From contig OX597836.1 in NCBI GenBank assembly GCA_951406725.2, forward strand, positions 11,222,001 to 11,286,000: 64,000 bases of DNA, written 5' to 3'. This document shows positions 26,824-41,040 of the stretch, piece after piece; the stretch's first letter is position 1, and each line of letters starts with the position of its first letter. The notes below the pieces were generated by a model, which worked only from the letters and a program-made list of their open reading frames with translations, was not told the origin of the DNA and did no database searches. Made by a program: the position numbers and the translations under genes. The stretch comes from Octopus vulgaris (Eukaryota).

Positions 26824-27390
26824 AACTGGTTTTCATCGTAGTCCAGGGTCTCCTCCAAGGCGTCTTCGGACATAAAGCCCACTAACCCGCTATAAAAATC
26901 CGCGGTGGCACTCCTGCTGCCGGCATTGCTCACCCGAGAGAGTAGCTGAAGTACCTGACGGTACTCCAATTGCCAGTCTCCCAGTCTTGGTCTCTGCTTG
27001 ATCCATGCTCCAATGTCCGTGAAGGTTGTTAGACGCGGAAGGTAGAACCGGACGTGCGGTGACCTCACCTGCTCCCCATCCAGGAAAAGCCAGATGTGCC
27101 ACAACCTTAACGTGAGTTTTCGCATCTTCAGCCAAGGCATCCCTAGCCCACCCTTTAGCGGTTTCTGGCAGCAGATAGAGCGATTCACAAGCGGCTTTCC
27201 TCCCTTCCACAAAAAGCGGAAAAGGATTCTCTCCAACTTGGTCAGACACAAATCGGGGCAAGGCACCACGGATAGACGGTAGGTGATAACTGATGCTATA
27301 AACATCTGCACCACCTCCGCTTTTCCTTGCAAGGATAACGCCCGCCCAGGCCAGGTCAGTATAAACGTTATTCGACATTTCTCCAAGAAT
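26824..27390 (-). pseudogene. Tx1/L1-like ORF2 fragment just downstream of the RT core
   Basis: W..RALSLQGKAEVV..FIAS..TYRL..VPCP...KLERILFRFLWKG...GGLGMP. Confidence 0.88.
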
Positions 27391-27795
27391 CACATTTTTG
27401 AACGAGTGTTAGTCGGAATAAGAAGCTTGCGCAGCCAGTATAACTAAGCCAGGATATTTTCTTGGGAAAAGTGCAAAAAATATAAAGAAAAGTAAAGAAT
27501 AAAGGTGGTAGGGTAAAATTTCTGAAAGAGGTTTTGAAGAGTATTAAATGGGATGATTGGATGTGATTGGCTGATGAAAGAGAAAGAGAGAGAGAGGGAG
27601 AGAGAGAGCGCGGGGAGGGAAAGAGAAGATGGAGATAAAGAGAATATGTGTAAATGTGTTTGTGTGAGGGGGAAAGAAAAAGTATGGGTATGTGTGTGCT
27701 TGAGAGGGAGAGAAAGAGAATTTATGTATGTTTGTCAGTGTATGGGACAGTGATTGTGAATGTGTGCCCGTGAGTGTGTGTGTACGTGTGTGTGC

Positions 27796-27831
<36 letters not shown>

Positions 27832-27842
27832 TAGTGTGTAAG

Positions 27843-27885
<43 letters not shown>

Positions 27886-28035
27886 CTGTGTGTGGGTGTG
27901 AGTGTGTGTGTGTGAGGCAGTGAGATGTAGCGACAGAGCATATGTGTACGTCTGAAAGAGAGAGAATATGTGTATGTGTGTGAGTGAGAGAGAGAGGACG
28001 AATGAGAAATGAAAAGTAAGTGTACATGTGGGTGT

Positions 28036-28080
<45 letters not shown>

Positions 28081-28548
28081 CAGGGACGAAGTGCAGAGAG
28101 AGAGAGAGAGGATAAGAGAGAGGACCGTTATCACGCTGTGTTTTTCATGCATGGTTCCACATAGCGGAGAGGCGCGCTGTCGATGTATAACCTGCTCCAG
28201 CTTTAACATGAAAAGAAACAGAGACAAATAAATTATGAATTATGGAAAATATCAAGAAAGATGCATTGAACCAAGTTTATCGGGTTAATAGTTTGTTTTT
28301 GTTTTTTGTTGTTTTTTTTATCCGGGAAGAAAAATCAAAACGAAATAAAACCACATCACGTGATTGTATCTATCGATGGAAGAAATTTGAAGAGAGAAAA
28401 AAAAGGAAAAATGTAATATAGATGTGTTAAAAGGAAAACAACATTGTTGTGAAAAATATGCGTTTAGGGACGCTCAAATACTCAGCTACGATTTATAAGG
28501 AAAACATATGCATGCATATACATATAACTATGTATGTATGTACGTAGT

Positions 28549-28886
28549 GAAGGCGCATGGCTCAGTGGTTAGAGCGTCGAGCTTACGATCGTGAGGTTGT
28601 GAGCTCGAATCCCGGACCGGGCTGCGTGTTGTGTTCTTGAGCAAGGCACTTTATTTCACGTTGCTCCAGTTCACTCAGCTGTAGCAATGAGTTGCGACGT
28701 CACAGGTGCCAAGCTGTATCGACCCTTGTCTTTCCCTTGGATAACACTGGTGGCGTGGAGAGGGGAGGCTGGTATGCATGGGCGACTGCTGGTCTTCCAT
28801 AAACAACCTCGCCCGGACTTGTGTCTAGGAGGGTAACTTTCTAGGTGCAATCCCATGGTCTGTGTCGTGACCGAAGGGGGTCTCCG
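28549..28886 (+). mobile_element. tRNA-derived SINE family C (CORE-like)
   Basis: A box tggctcagtgg, B-box-like gctcgaatccc, then gttcttgagcaaggcacttt...cactcagctgta; flanked by (TATG)n. Confidence 0.85.
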
Positions 28887-28905
28887 ATGTATGTATGTAT
28901 GTTTA

Positions 28906-29397
28906 TGTCAGTTCATTTTCGAGTGCTACTGGTAACATGTAACCCAGTACAACCTGCTGCATGGTCGGGTCGTCGGCGACTAAACCGGCAACCCCACCAA
29001 GCATGCTTGGTGGGGAGGGTGTTTATTGGACACCCTGCGGGATGAAAAACATAACCCGTCAAAGGGCCGAGGAACTCTTGAGAGTCAACGGCCATTCAAT
29101 AAATGTCTTAACCATTGGGAGTGAAGGACTCTTAGCCTTTGATAGGGCATCCTTCTAGGAGAAGGTAACTCAGGTAACTGGGATAACTCCGCCATAAAAC
29201 CTGCGGCTCAGTGGTTACCGATGATGTTGACTTTTTCTTCTTTTCGGATTATGGCTGCTGTTGCTTAGTGAGTGGGATTGACTCAGTGCACAGCCTTTCC
29301 TCACTTTAAAAAAATCTTCTTGCACAGGCTATGCACAATAACAACACTGATTAAGCTTCGTGCAATGGCCATACTCGATAACGAGGGGTCAGCCACC
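28906..29397 (+). mobile_element. Structured GC-richer element in (TATG)n, possibly derived from an RTE-type 5' UTR
   Basis: gggcatccttctaggagaaggtaactc resembles a motif recalled from RTE 5' UTRs (not verified); 24-bp palindrome at 28992-29015; no ORF. Confidence 0.4.
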
Positions 29398-29440
29398 ATG
29401 TATGTATGTATATATGTATGTATGTATCTATCTCTCTCTT

Positions 29441-29494
<54 letters not shown>

Positions 29495-29506
29495 CATATA
29501 CATACA

Positions 29507-29585
<79 letters not shown>

Positions 29586-29880
29586 GTATATATGTATGTA
29601 TGTATGTATGTATATATAAATAAATAATGATAATATTAATTATAACAATAATATAATGTAGCAACAAAAGAATGAGACCGGTTTTTAGAGAAATAGAGAA
29701 TTATTTATACACGTTTAAATTAGAACAATCAGAAAAAGGTTGTCATTATATTACTTGGAGTTTCGAATTCCGGTGATAGAGGCTACAATACCTTCTCGTC
29801 GGCTTTTAATGGAAACAGACGCTACGAAAAACCGTTAAATGTAAGGGATTTAACTATCATAGGTGGAAGAAAAAAGATAG

Positions 29881-29928
<48 letters not shown>

Positions 29929-30184
29929 TATACACAACAATATTCTCACAATACATAGTCATAAACCTCCTGCGTTCACAACGCCTTCATACGTGCACAC
30001 ACAAATAAACCTGTATATGTACATGAACACACACGCACACAAACGTATATGCATGTACGTACTCATACACACACAGATATCCATACACATACGCACACAT
30101 GTATATATACATGTAAGTCCAGTCGTTGGAGCTCGGTAAGATTGCAGTTAATGATGCTAAAATGGTATATATATATATATATAT

Positions 30185-30248
<64 letters not shown>

Positions 30249-30249
30249 G

Positions 30250-30349
30250 TTTATATATTGGCCACACAGGGCTGCACACAGATGGGACAAGTTACAAGGT
30301 AGAGCTTTTCTTTTGGGGGATGAAGAAAACAAAAAACAGAAGAAAAAAA

Positions 30350-30350
<1 letters not shown>
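30250..30350 (-). mobile_element. Extreme 3' end of the Tx1-like family inside (GATA)n
   Basis: Reverse complement caaaagaaaagctctaccttgtaacttgtcccatctgtgtgcagccctgtgtggccaat matches 25432-25490; (GATA)n on both sides. Confidence 0.9.
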
Positions 30351-30425
<75 letters not shown>

Positions 30426-30787
30426 AGTAATCATGCGTATAGTAAAAACAGATAGCTAAGCTGTTAGAAATGTAAACGCGTAATTCTGCATAAAAAGGGC
30501 GATTGAGAGTGCACAACACTAAAATTTAAGAGAAATACTAGATTATATCGGAATTTATTGGCAGCTTAAATTTTGAAAAAACTCGTTACTCTGTGACTCA
30601 ATTCTCATCGTCCGAAGAAAGCGTAAAATCAGCAAAAAAATCTGGAAGATACTGAAAGATAACAATAAGAAATAAACAGAGATGAAAGCAAATATCGCGC
30701 ATTTATTCTATGAATATTGCCCATAACTCAATGAACGGAAGATTCTTGTTTGATAATTCGCAAAACGACTACACACACACACACACG

Positions 30788-30842
<55 letters not shown>

Positions 30843-30895
30843 CCACAACACACACACACACACACACACATACGTACGTATGTATGTATGTATTA

Positions 30896-31690
30896 TAGGG
30901 TGGCCCAAAAGACACTGGAGATTGTAATTTCTGATAATTTTTTAATGTTTTGACATTTTTTCTTTTCTTTTTAGGGATTTTATGGACTAGATCCTGAAAA
31001 TTAATCATGGAAAAATATGGCATCGCACAACGCACCCAAGTGGTGAAATTGTTCTATCAAAATCAGGGGTCAATTATTCAAACCCATGAAAGCACTACTT
31101 GGAACTTAGTTCATCGTTTTGAAAAACAAGGGGCAGTAACTGATCTCCCACGACTTGGGAGAACCCGCATTATCAGAACCGATGTGGTAAGGAACGAGTG
31201 CGAGATTGTATTGAACAGAATCCAAGCCTGTTAACACGAAGGCGATCCAGACAACATGGGACTTCACAAACAACGCTGCAAAGGTTTCTCAGCAGCCTAA
31301 ACTTTTTTCCATACAAAGAACAGTTGATTTAAAGTTGCTGTTCTAGGGATATGAACACAAGCACAAATACGCTGTCAGATTCCAAGAATTAGCACGAAAT
31401 GACCCAAATCTTACAAAAACATTGACCATGATGGATGAAGCTCACTTTCGTTTCAATGGGTTCGTCAACGAACAAAATTGCCGGTTTTGGGAGTCTGAGA
31501 ATTTGAGAGCACTAAAGTGTGAAGCTGAAAATGGACGTCATTTTTTATCCGTAATGCAGCGGAATTATGAAAAAGAATTAATGCAAACAAAATTCCATTA
31601 TCTCCTCTATATTGAATTAAAATTTCATACACTTATTTGTAAAAACAAGGAAGTTATTAAAAATTAAAACCCCTCTCTGAGGTGCGCCTG
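30896..31690 (+). mobile_element. Internally deleted, frameshifted Tc1/mariner (maT/DD37D-like) DNA transposon
   Basis: MEKYGIAQRTQVVKLFYQN..LVHRFEKQGAVTDLPRLGR HTH region; DEAHFRFNGFVNEQNCRFW first catalytic motif; decayed ends tagggtggcccaaaag / cctgta with TA flanks. Confidence 0.85.
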
Positions 31691-32221
31691 TATATTATAT
31701 GTGTATGTATATGGTGTCATGCGATGTAATAGAGCATCGCTGCATTTTTCATGTGTGGGCGCTTCCCCACTACTGCGGACGTATGCCATTACACCACTCA
31801 GACGAGAACCCGCCAACCCGTGCGTGGGTCTGTTTGGGAAGTAACTGATGGTAGGGTTTTAAGACGTCAGAGTGAAAATATTTTGTGCTAACACAACTTT
31901 CGCTTTTGAATAGGGTTAAATATCAACCCCCACCCCATCGTCTTGTTTTCTCTTCTATAAACACTTTAAACAAGCGTAAAGTTCAAATCAATGAATCTCG
32001 GATTACAATACAATACTTTCTTCAAATGTTCACTCAGATATACTGAAATAGGCGTACAGTTTTAAATATTGGTCCTTTTCCATGCAATTTATACTTAAAT
32101 CGTACAATTAAATGTGTCTGAATCTTTATATATTCACATACAAACACAGACGCATATATACACAGATATATATATGTATATATATGTATATATATGTATA
32201 CATGTATATGTATATACGTAA

Positions 32222-32268
<47 letters not shown>

Positions 32269-32356
32269 ATGTATATATATACATATATATATATATACAT
32301 ATGTATATATATATACACATATGTATATATATATATACATATATACATATATACAT

Positions 32357-32407
<51 letters not shown>

Positions 32408-33328
32408 CGCATACACATATAGCTGTATGCATAAGTACATTTATACAAGCGTGTATATTTTGTACATGTGTGTATGTGCGTGAAGCTTCCGCTCGTGCAC
32501 TTCGTATTCTCATTAGCAGCCCTAATGTCGGTAGTAGTAGTAGTAGTAGTAGTAGTAGTAATAGTTGTTGTTGTTGTTGTTGTTGCTATGATTGCCGCTA
32601 TTTTCTCTTCACTTGCACATTGGTTTGCTAAACAGCTGTGACTATGGCGTTTCCTTAATTACAGCGTATTTAATGGCGACTGCAATTAAAGAAATTATTC
32701 ATTGAAATTCGTTCTTGGACGATAATGAAATTTAGATGTCAGGGTTTTATAGAAATTCCTGAATTCTGAACGGACAATATCTTTCAGCAGAATAGCGTTG
32801 AGCATTTGAAGCTGTATCGACCTCGATTCGTTCCAAACACGCATCTTTGTAGAACGAACATGGAAACACATTTACACTTTCGCCCACAGACCCACTGATA
32901 CATATACACGCACAGAAAATACACTACACAAAATATACGCGCACACATATGAAATTACACACATACACACATATCAAATCACACACACACACATATGAAA
33001 GCACACATGCACGCACACCTTGGTATGTTCACACCCGTTCACATTAGACATTGTATGCATTTCGTGTGCTTTTCGTTTTCATGCGATTGCATGCGCCTGT
33101 GTGTCTGTGTGTCTGTGCGCGTTTGTGCGTTGCCTTGCATGTATGCGTATACATGAAGGTGCATGTATGTATATGTGCGTGTTTGTCAGTGCTCTTATAC
33201 GTATGTGTATGTTATGTGTGTATGTTGTTATGTATGCAAACGAGAGTATATATATGTGTGTGTATACGTTTGTGCGTGCACCCACACACACGCCTCTCCA
33301 TACACATATACACACGCATATATATATG

Positions 33329-33602
33329 TGGAGGCGCAATAGCCCAGTGGTTAGGGCAGCGGACTCGCGGTCGTAGGATCGCGGTTTCTATTCCCAGACC
33401 GGGCGTTTGAGTGTTTATTGAGCGAAAACGCCTAAAAGCTCCACGAGGCTCCTGCAGGGTGTGGTGGCGATCCCTGCTGTACTCTTCTGTTGGCCTGCTC
33501 GCTTAGCCAGCGGGGTGGCGTCATTTGTAGGTTAAATCAATACGAAGCGCATTGTGACCAGTGATGTGTAGCAACATCTGGTAACCTGGTCGGTCACGGT
33601 GA
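33329..33602 (+). mobile_element. tRNA-Arg-like SINE (family R, tail type 2)
   Basis: Colinear with 19093-19385. Confidence 0.9.
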
Positions 33603-33819
33603 TATATATGTATATACACGGCTACGCATTTCGCCCGGCGTGCTAACGTTTCTGCCAGCTTGCCGCCTTTCGTTGTTCTATCAAACGAAGTGGGGCGGGC
33701 TGAACAGCAAAATCGATCGCGGTAGGGTTTCAACGCAAAATCTAAAGAATCGAAAGAAATACTGCAAAACATGTTTTTTGCAACTCTTAAACAATTCTGC
33801 TAGCTCGTCACCCCTTCTG

Positions 33820-34030
33820 AATGTTCCAATTTAAATACAAGGCTGGCAATTTTACGAGTAGGGGACAGTCAATATCACCGATCCCACTGCTTGACTGATG
33901 CATTGTGTTACATAAGGTTAATGGATAAAAGGTAAATCTGAAGTCGTCAGGATTTGAACGCAGGACGTAAAGAACCGCAAGAAATATAGCAAAGCAATTG
34001 AAATTTGTTTTTCGCGACAATGATTCTACA
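33820..34030 (-). mobile_element. Degenerate SINE family B (head fragment also at about 33617-33667)
   Basis: tacaaggctggcaatttt...ggatttgaacgcaggacgtaaag. Confidence 0.65.
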
Positions 34031-35260
34031 ACCATCTACTCACTGTTAGTATTTGAATGTGAAACGAAAATCAAATTCTGGACACACAGTTCGCTATTGG
34101 TAAATTTAGAAGCGTAGCTATAAATAGACGAGGCTGTGTAGATTTTATCGTTGGTGTGGTTCTTCATTGGATTGACGCTGTTGAGGCTGCTGCTTTTGTT
34201 GTTGCTGTTATTGTTGTTGTTGCTGTTGTTGTTGCTTTTGTTGTTGTTGCTGCTGTGTAGCTGCTGGTCAACTCTGACCGAACAGACCTGTGATCTCATT
34301 TCAGCTCATGATATATCTCCGTTTCAAAAGCCAAAAAATTTCCATGATTAATATATTCGACATGTCACGAGTTTTTAAACGTTATTGTACTTTTTTTTAT
34401 TATTTTTTTGTTTTTCATATTTTTTTATATGTTTCATAAAGCATAAATTTATGGCACAGGATAAAACACTCGATATCCATATAAAGCAAAAAAAAAAAAT
34501 AATAATAATAATAATAATAAATAGACAAAAATAAAAATAAAAGCACGAAAACGGAGAAAAGAAATTTGCATAATGTTTTGATAAATTAGATTCAAGATAA
34601 ATGTTTTTGATATTATATTAGCATATAGGATTTACTCTAACCTTGATATATTATTCGGGAACGTTCTTTGACAAAACATTTCGTTACATTACGTTGCTTC
34701 TCTCCGACTCATTTAATAAACATTATATTCTCAGTCTGTCAGTGTGAATTTTATCAAATATACATGCAAGTAATATAAGACGAGCAATGCGGGTATTATA
34801 TCTGCATCTGCATGACATGTCACGCAGGTTTTTGCAACAAATAAATTCCCCGTTTAATATAAACATTTGTATTTGGATAACATTTTAGATTTATCTAATC
34901 TAACAAGGAAAAACTAAAATAGAAGGGGGGAAAAGAAGCATTTCCTCGTATCGATTTAATGTGAGAGCAATTTAATGATAAGTAATATCACAATTTGATA
35001 TCAAAAACGTGTCAATTTCAGTTGATGACTTTATAAGCAGATCTCACATAGATATCAGTTTTTCTTATTACCATACAATGACGAGAAAGTCTCATTCGGA
35101 TGACATCCTGCTTATTCCTATGGCTACGAAGGAATTGTCGAACGATTGAAAACTAAGAGCAGAGCAAATGTTACGGAAACTCTGAAAATGTTTGTCTCGA
35201 TGAAAAGCAAATTTCGTTTGATTGAAGAGAAAGAAAGTATTAATATTACCTTTGTGTCGG

Positions 35261-35305
<45 letters not shown>

Positions 35306-35430
35306 ACCTATTGTTGCAACAATAGCTTTCAACGTGTTACTAAACAAATATATATAACTCTATTTATCTATCTACCTGTCTATCTATCTGTCTGTCTGTC
35401 CGCCCCTCTATCTATCAGTATAAGCTTGAT

Positions 35431-35468
<38 letters not shown>

Positions 35469-35794
35469 AGTGTGTGTATGTACATATATATACCATATTT
35501 ATGTATATATATATGTATGTATATACATATGCCATATTTATATATATATATATATATAACCAGTATTATATATATAAATATAGGTATTATAAAGCCAGTA
35601 CTATATATATATATATATATATATAATAATGGTTTTTAATTTTGCTTCATGACCAGCAGTTCTTGGGGAGGGGTAAACAGATTAAATCAACTCCAGTATT
35701 CAACTGATACTTATTTTATGAGCACGAAAGTATGTATGTATGTATGTATGTATGTATGTATGTATGTATGTATGTATGTATGTATGTATGTATG

Positions 35795-36583
35795 TCATTG
35801 TTGAATTTTATTTCAAGATTTCTTGCCAATAGAGAAAGAGCTGTTGTCTACCCTAGGTCCAAGGCTCCTTAACTGGAATTTTGACAACATCAACAGGGTA
35901 TGTATGTGTGCATGTCATTATTCAGTATTATTTCAAGATGCCTTGCCAATAGAGAAAGAACCGGTTTCTAACTTATATCCAAGGCTCCTTCATTGGAATT
36001 TGAACATCTACCGGGTACGTGTGAATGCCATTGTTCAGTTTTATTCCAAGATATATGTAAGCATACACACATATGTATCTATGCATCTATGTATATACGT
36101 ATGTATGGATGTTTGTATGCATGAGGTTTCTTAAATGATAGAAAAGTCTATCGTTAGGATGTAGATAAACACTATGACACATCTTGAACTTTAGAAAAAA
36201 ATTTACATATTTTTTACTGCTTCACTTATGGTATTTGCAATTTGTGTGTTTGCTCTTTGATTTCTCTTGGAGAAAACTAGCTTTTCCAGGTTGGCACTTA
36301 GGCAATTATCTACAAAACGGAAAGTATAAATAATTATAGATATAAACGTGAATTTATTGTCTGGGTATACATACCTACATATATACGTATGTAGGTATGT
36401 ATGAATGGATGTATCTATGCATGTATGCATGTAAGTTTCTATGTATGTATGTATTTATGTATGCATGTATGTGTGTATATCATTATTCAGTTTTATTTCA
36501 AGATTTCTTACCAATACAGAAAGAACCGGTTTCTATCCAGATCCAGAGCACCTTCATTTGAATTTCAACAACAGCAACAGGGT
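35795..36583. repeat. About 105-bp unit, three copies plus a partial, separated by (TATG)n
   Basis: tcatt.ttcagttttatttcaagatttcttgccaatagagaaaga...cagggta at about 35795-35900, 35915-36017 and 36480-36583; partial at 36029-36052. Confidence 0.9.
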
Positions 36584-36630
36584 ATTTTTGTTTGTATGTA
36601 TGTATTTAGGTATGTATGTATATATGTATG

Positions 36631-36664
<34 letters not shown>

Positions 36665-36849
36665 TGTATGTATGTATGTATGTATGTATGTATTTAGGTA
36701 TGTATGTATGTATACGTGAAGATTTGTATGTTTTATTTGATGCATGTCTTCTCGTGTATATACTTGCATGTCTAGACATACTCATATATACTTAAATGGT
36801 AGACTTCTGGAAAGCGTTACAGACCTTTACATTTCCTGTGATGGCTTGG

Positions 36850-36880
<31 letters not shown>

Positions 36881-37122
36881 TGTATGTATGTATGTATGTA
36901 CGTATGTATGTATGTATGGATGGATGTATGTATGTATGTATGTATGTATGTATGTATGTATGTATGTATGTATGTATGTATGTATGTATGTATGTATGTA
37001 CGTATGTATGTGTACGTGTAAATGTTTATATACGCATATTAATTATAGAAATGGGAATCAATCTATTTCACTTGTTATAAACTATAATGTTTTCTCATTA
37101 TGGCCAGGTCGACTATTTGTGC

Positions 37123-37161
<39 letters not shown>

Positions 37162-37186
37162 AATATAGATAAATGTGTGTATCTAC

Positions 37187-37249
<63 letters not shown>

Positions 37250-37254
37250 CTCTT

Positions 37255-37520
37255 AGATGGTGTGCGTCGTAGTGATCGGGGGTTCGATTTCCGGATCGAG
37301 CGGCGTGTAATCTTCTTGAGCAAAACATTTTATTTTATTTCGCTGAGCGATTATTTCGACATCTGACACGTGGCAAACATGTGTACCTGTACAGCTAAAG
37401 TCGATTTGATGCAACTAACCTACACTACGCGCACTTGCTCACCACAAGCAATTAATTTGTGCCTGCAGGTCGTTCAGCAGAAACTGAAAGCTAATTTCCC
37501 TTGTCTTCGACGAGAGATTC
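37255..37520 (+). mobile_element. Degenerate SINE family D
   Basis: ggttcgatttcc...cttgagcaaaacattt...cgacatctgacac..acctgtacag, homologous to 63417-63706. Confidence 0.7.
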
Positions 37521-37991
37521 TGTCATTGGATGCAAGTATGTTTTTATATATAATATGCATATGTGTGTGTGTGTATCTACACACAACGTGTGTTCGTATC
37601 TAAAAATGTGCATATGCGTAAATAGAGTGAGCGCTGAATGTAATTCTTTATTAAAAACCCCATTCTGCTCACTCATGCAGAATTTACCATAAAGCTTACA
37701 TATACGAAACTGTAAATATCCATACAGATAATAATCCCCCACTAGGACAGATAATCTCCCAAACCGACACACACCAATGGTCAAAACACACGAATAAATA
37801 CATGGTTTTATTAAACCCTTATACGTGCATTGTAGCTTCTACTGGGTAGTTGGTTATTAGAAAGCTTAGAAGAAAGAAACCAAGTAGAAAATGACTGTAC
37901 AGTAGAATTTTAAAGCTTGATTTCTTAACTAAGAGCTTGTGTGGTATATAAACAATCGAAATCATATTAACACCCAATATATATGATAATA

Positions 37992-38528
<537 letters not shown>

Positions 38529-38616
38529 TTGTTTAATGTAAAGCACTGAGTATTTAGATTTTTTAAAAATTTGATCCTTTACTCAATATTTTGAATTGGC
38601 GATCGATACCATATGA

Positions 38617-38669
<53 letters not shown>

Positions 38670-39637
38670 GACAGACAGACAGATAGACAGACAGAAGCTT
38701 GCCTTTTCATAATTACAGTACAAGGTACGAAACTGTAATTGGATTAGAAAATTCACCCCTTGTTGAACATTAAACAATTATTTATTGCTTCTTAATGCTG
38801 TTTCAGTTCCGTGCTCCGAGTTTATTTCCGCCCGGCAAGCTTTCCGCTATATCAGTGTATGTATTATTCACTCCCTCCTACTCAATATACGTCAGTGACA
38901 AGCCTCAAAAAGAACAATACGTGTCTGTTCGTCTCACTAATTGTCCATGAGCTATATCCATCGAATTCGAACACATCAACACGGATATCTATTGATGATG
39001 GGGTAGGGGAATGATGCGGATACATAGAACACATGTTACGCAATTTTAACACGTGTTCTAACTTCGCTTTGAACTTTACATTGAAGATGAAAACAGAAAA
39101 AAGATGACAAAAAAATTCCATTCCATTAACACAATGCAAAATACTAAATTTTAACATTTTAAATGAATTTACCGACATTACTCTAATTCACATTAACCAA
39201 CAAATAATTGCTTCTATCCTGATGCGAATGTAATTAAATTATTATATTAAATATTAGCAAATGGAAGTCGATATGTCGTGTAAATGTTATAAAATATTGA
39301 TATTGGATTATCAGAATCTTAAGACCATCAGACAGAAAATAATCCAACGATACACGTTCTCGATTTTTACGTTCTGTGTTCAAATCGCGCCAATGTTACT
39401 TCAACTTTTTGGAGCTTAACAAAACATAGCATTGGTCAAGTACTGGGAATATCGTCGATTATACCCTGCTCTGTATTTATCTATCTTTCTCTTTATATCT
39501 CTGTCTCTTTGTTTGCCTGTTTATCTAACTCTCCGTGCTCTGAATTCTTTTCCGCCCAGCAAGCTTTCCGCTATATCAGTGTATGTATCATTCACTCTTT
39601 CTTATAAATATGACTAATGAGATGTGTGTGAGAGATT

Positions 39638-39855
39638 ACCTGTACAGATAATGTCGATCTAATTTAGGGAGTAAGCTTATGTCTACACAAACATTTGATC
39701 GCTATAGATCGACATTACCTGTACAGGTGCAACTGGGTCTCACGTGAAATGGAGTGCTTTGCTCAGGAACGCAACACAACAGCCAGTTTGGGATTCGAAC
39801 CTACGATATTGCAATTGTGAGTGCAACACTTTAACCACTAAGACATACGCCTTCA
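39638..39855 (-). mobile_element. SINE family D with an inverted 3' segment
   Basis: 39705-39855 is the reverse complement of the 63417 head; 39638-39703 continues the element on the plus strand. Confidence 0.8.
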
Positions 39856-39861
39856 CAACTT

Positions 39862-39923
<62 letters not shown>

Positions 39924-39959
39924 TACCTACATATATATGATATATAATATATATATATA

Positions 39960-40460
39960 CATATATGTGCATACCTACATATATATATGTATATATACAT
40001 GCATATATGGGTACCGGACATCAGAAAAACGTTGAACACAATGAGAAACGAAAATATAAAAACAAAACATAGAAACGAACTTTGTTTCGAACAACGAAAG
40101 AAACAAACAGGAAACGAGACATACAACATAAAGAATATTCCCCTTCTTCGTAGTTGTCCTTGTTTCATTTACTCCGCGTTCGGAAGGTAAGGATAAGACG
40201 CGACTTCGTTGAAACAGTCCTTCCCGCAAAGCAAATAAAATAAAATTTGGGATTTATTGCGGAGGGGTAAAAGTGGTAACAATAACAGGACCGTGAGAAC
40301 AAAACAGTAAAAACAAACGTTGAGGGTTGTTAAGCCAAGACGAAGGAAACATTGTTCTGAACGCTAGGAGGATGAGCATATGAAGGTGATAGTATAAGCA
40401 TGTTTTTGTCTTTACGAAGATAATTGTCAGAAGGATAGATTCTCTTTCGTCAGGTGTCAG
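39960..40460 (-). mobile_element. Penelope-like repeat; second copy on the plus strand at about 61690-61900
   Basis: Reverse complement shares aacgcggagta.atgaaaca...gaagaaggggaat with 61691-61732; both end in TA-rich tracts. Class assignment is inference. Confidence 0.5.
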
Positions 40461-40670
40461 CGAGGAGAGAGTCGAGCAGGAGGAGTGAGAGAGAGAGAGG
40501 GACGGTGAAGAGGAGAGGGAGGGTAAGAATATGGAAGAGTGGGAGAGAAAACCTGAAAGGATGAAGAACAAGAGAGGGAGAGAGGTAGACAGAGAAGAGA
40601 TAGGAGAAGAGTGCGCATCGTAATTATTAAGATAAAACTTACTTGGAAAAGGATGCATGGCATATATTTG

Positions 40671-40703
<33 letters not shown>

Positions 40704-40979
40704 TCAGAGAGAGAGAGAGAGAGAGAGGGAGAGAGGGAGAAATACACATATATATACACACGCGTAAACGAATACATGTAAAAGAAGGTGGATAAGAATA
40801 GTCCTTGAATACCGAAGCGGAGTAATATGCTTTTATGAAAGCCGTCGGGTTTTATGAAACCACACACACACAAACACACATACACACACACACATATATA
40901 TTTCTACATACATTCACGTACATACATATATATATATATTTGTATGCTATGTATGTTGATTTATATATATGTGTGTGTG

Positions 40980-41040
<61 letters not shown>

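Noticed and set aside
29180-29225. taactccgcc resembling the start of a twister ribozyme
   Set aside because: The required downstream elements (GGUNNNAAGCCC-like loop and pseudoknot partners) are absent.
35795-36583. Repeat-spacer pattern as a CRISPR-like array
   Set aside because: Units are about 105 bp, spacers are microsatellite, the context is eukaryotic and there are no cas genes.
40170-40460. Long-range hammerhead in the 39960-40460 repeat (CTGACGA near 40450 and a GAAC-GCG site near 40185, minus strand)
   Set aside because: The halves are about 270 nt apart, and stem I and the cleavage triplet could not be assigned.
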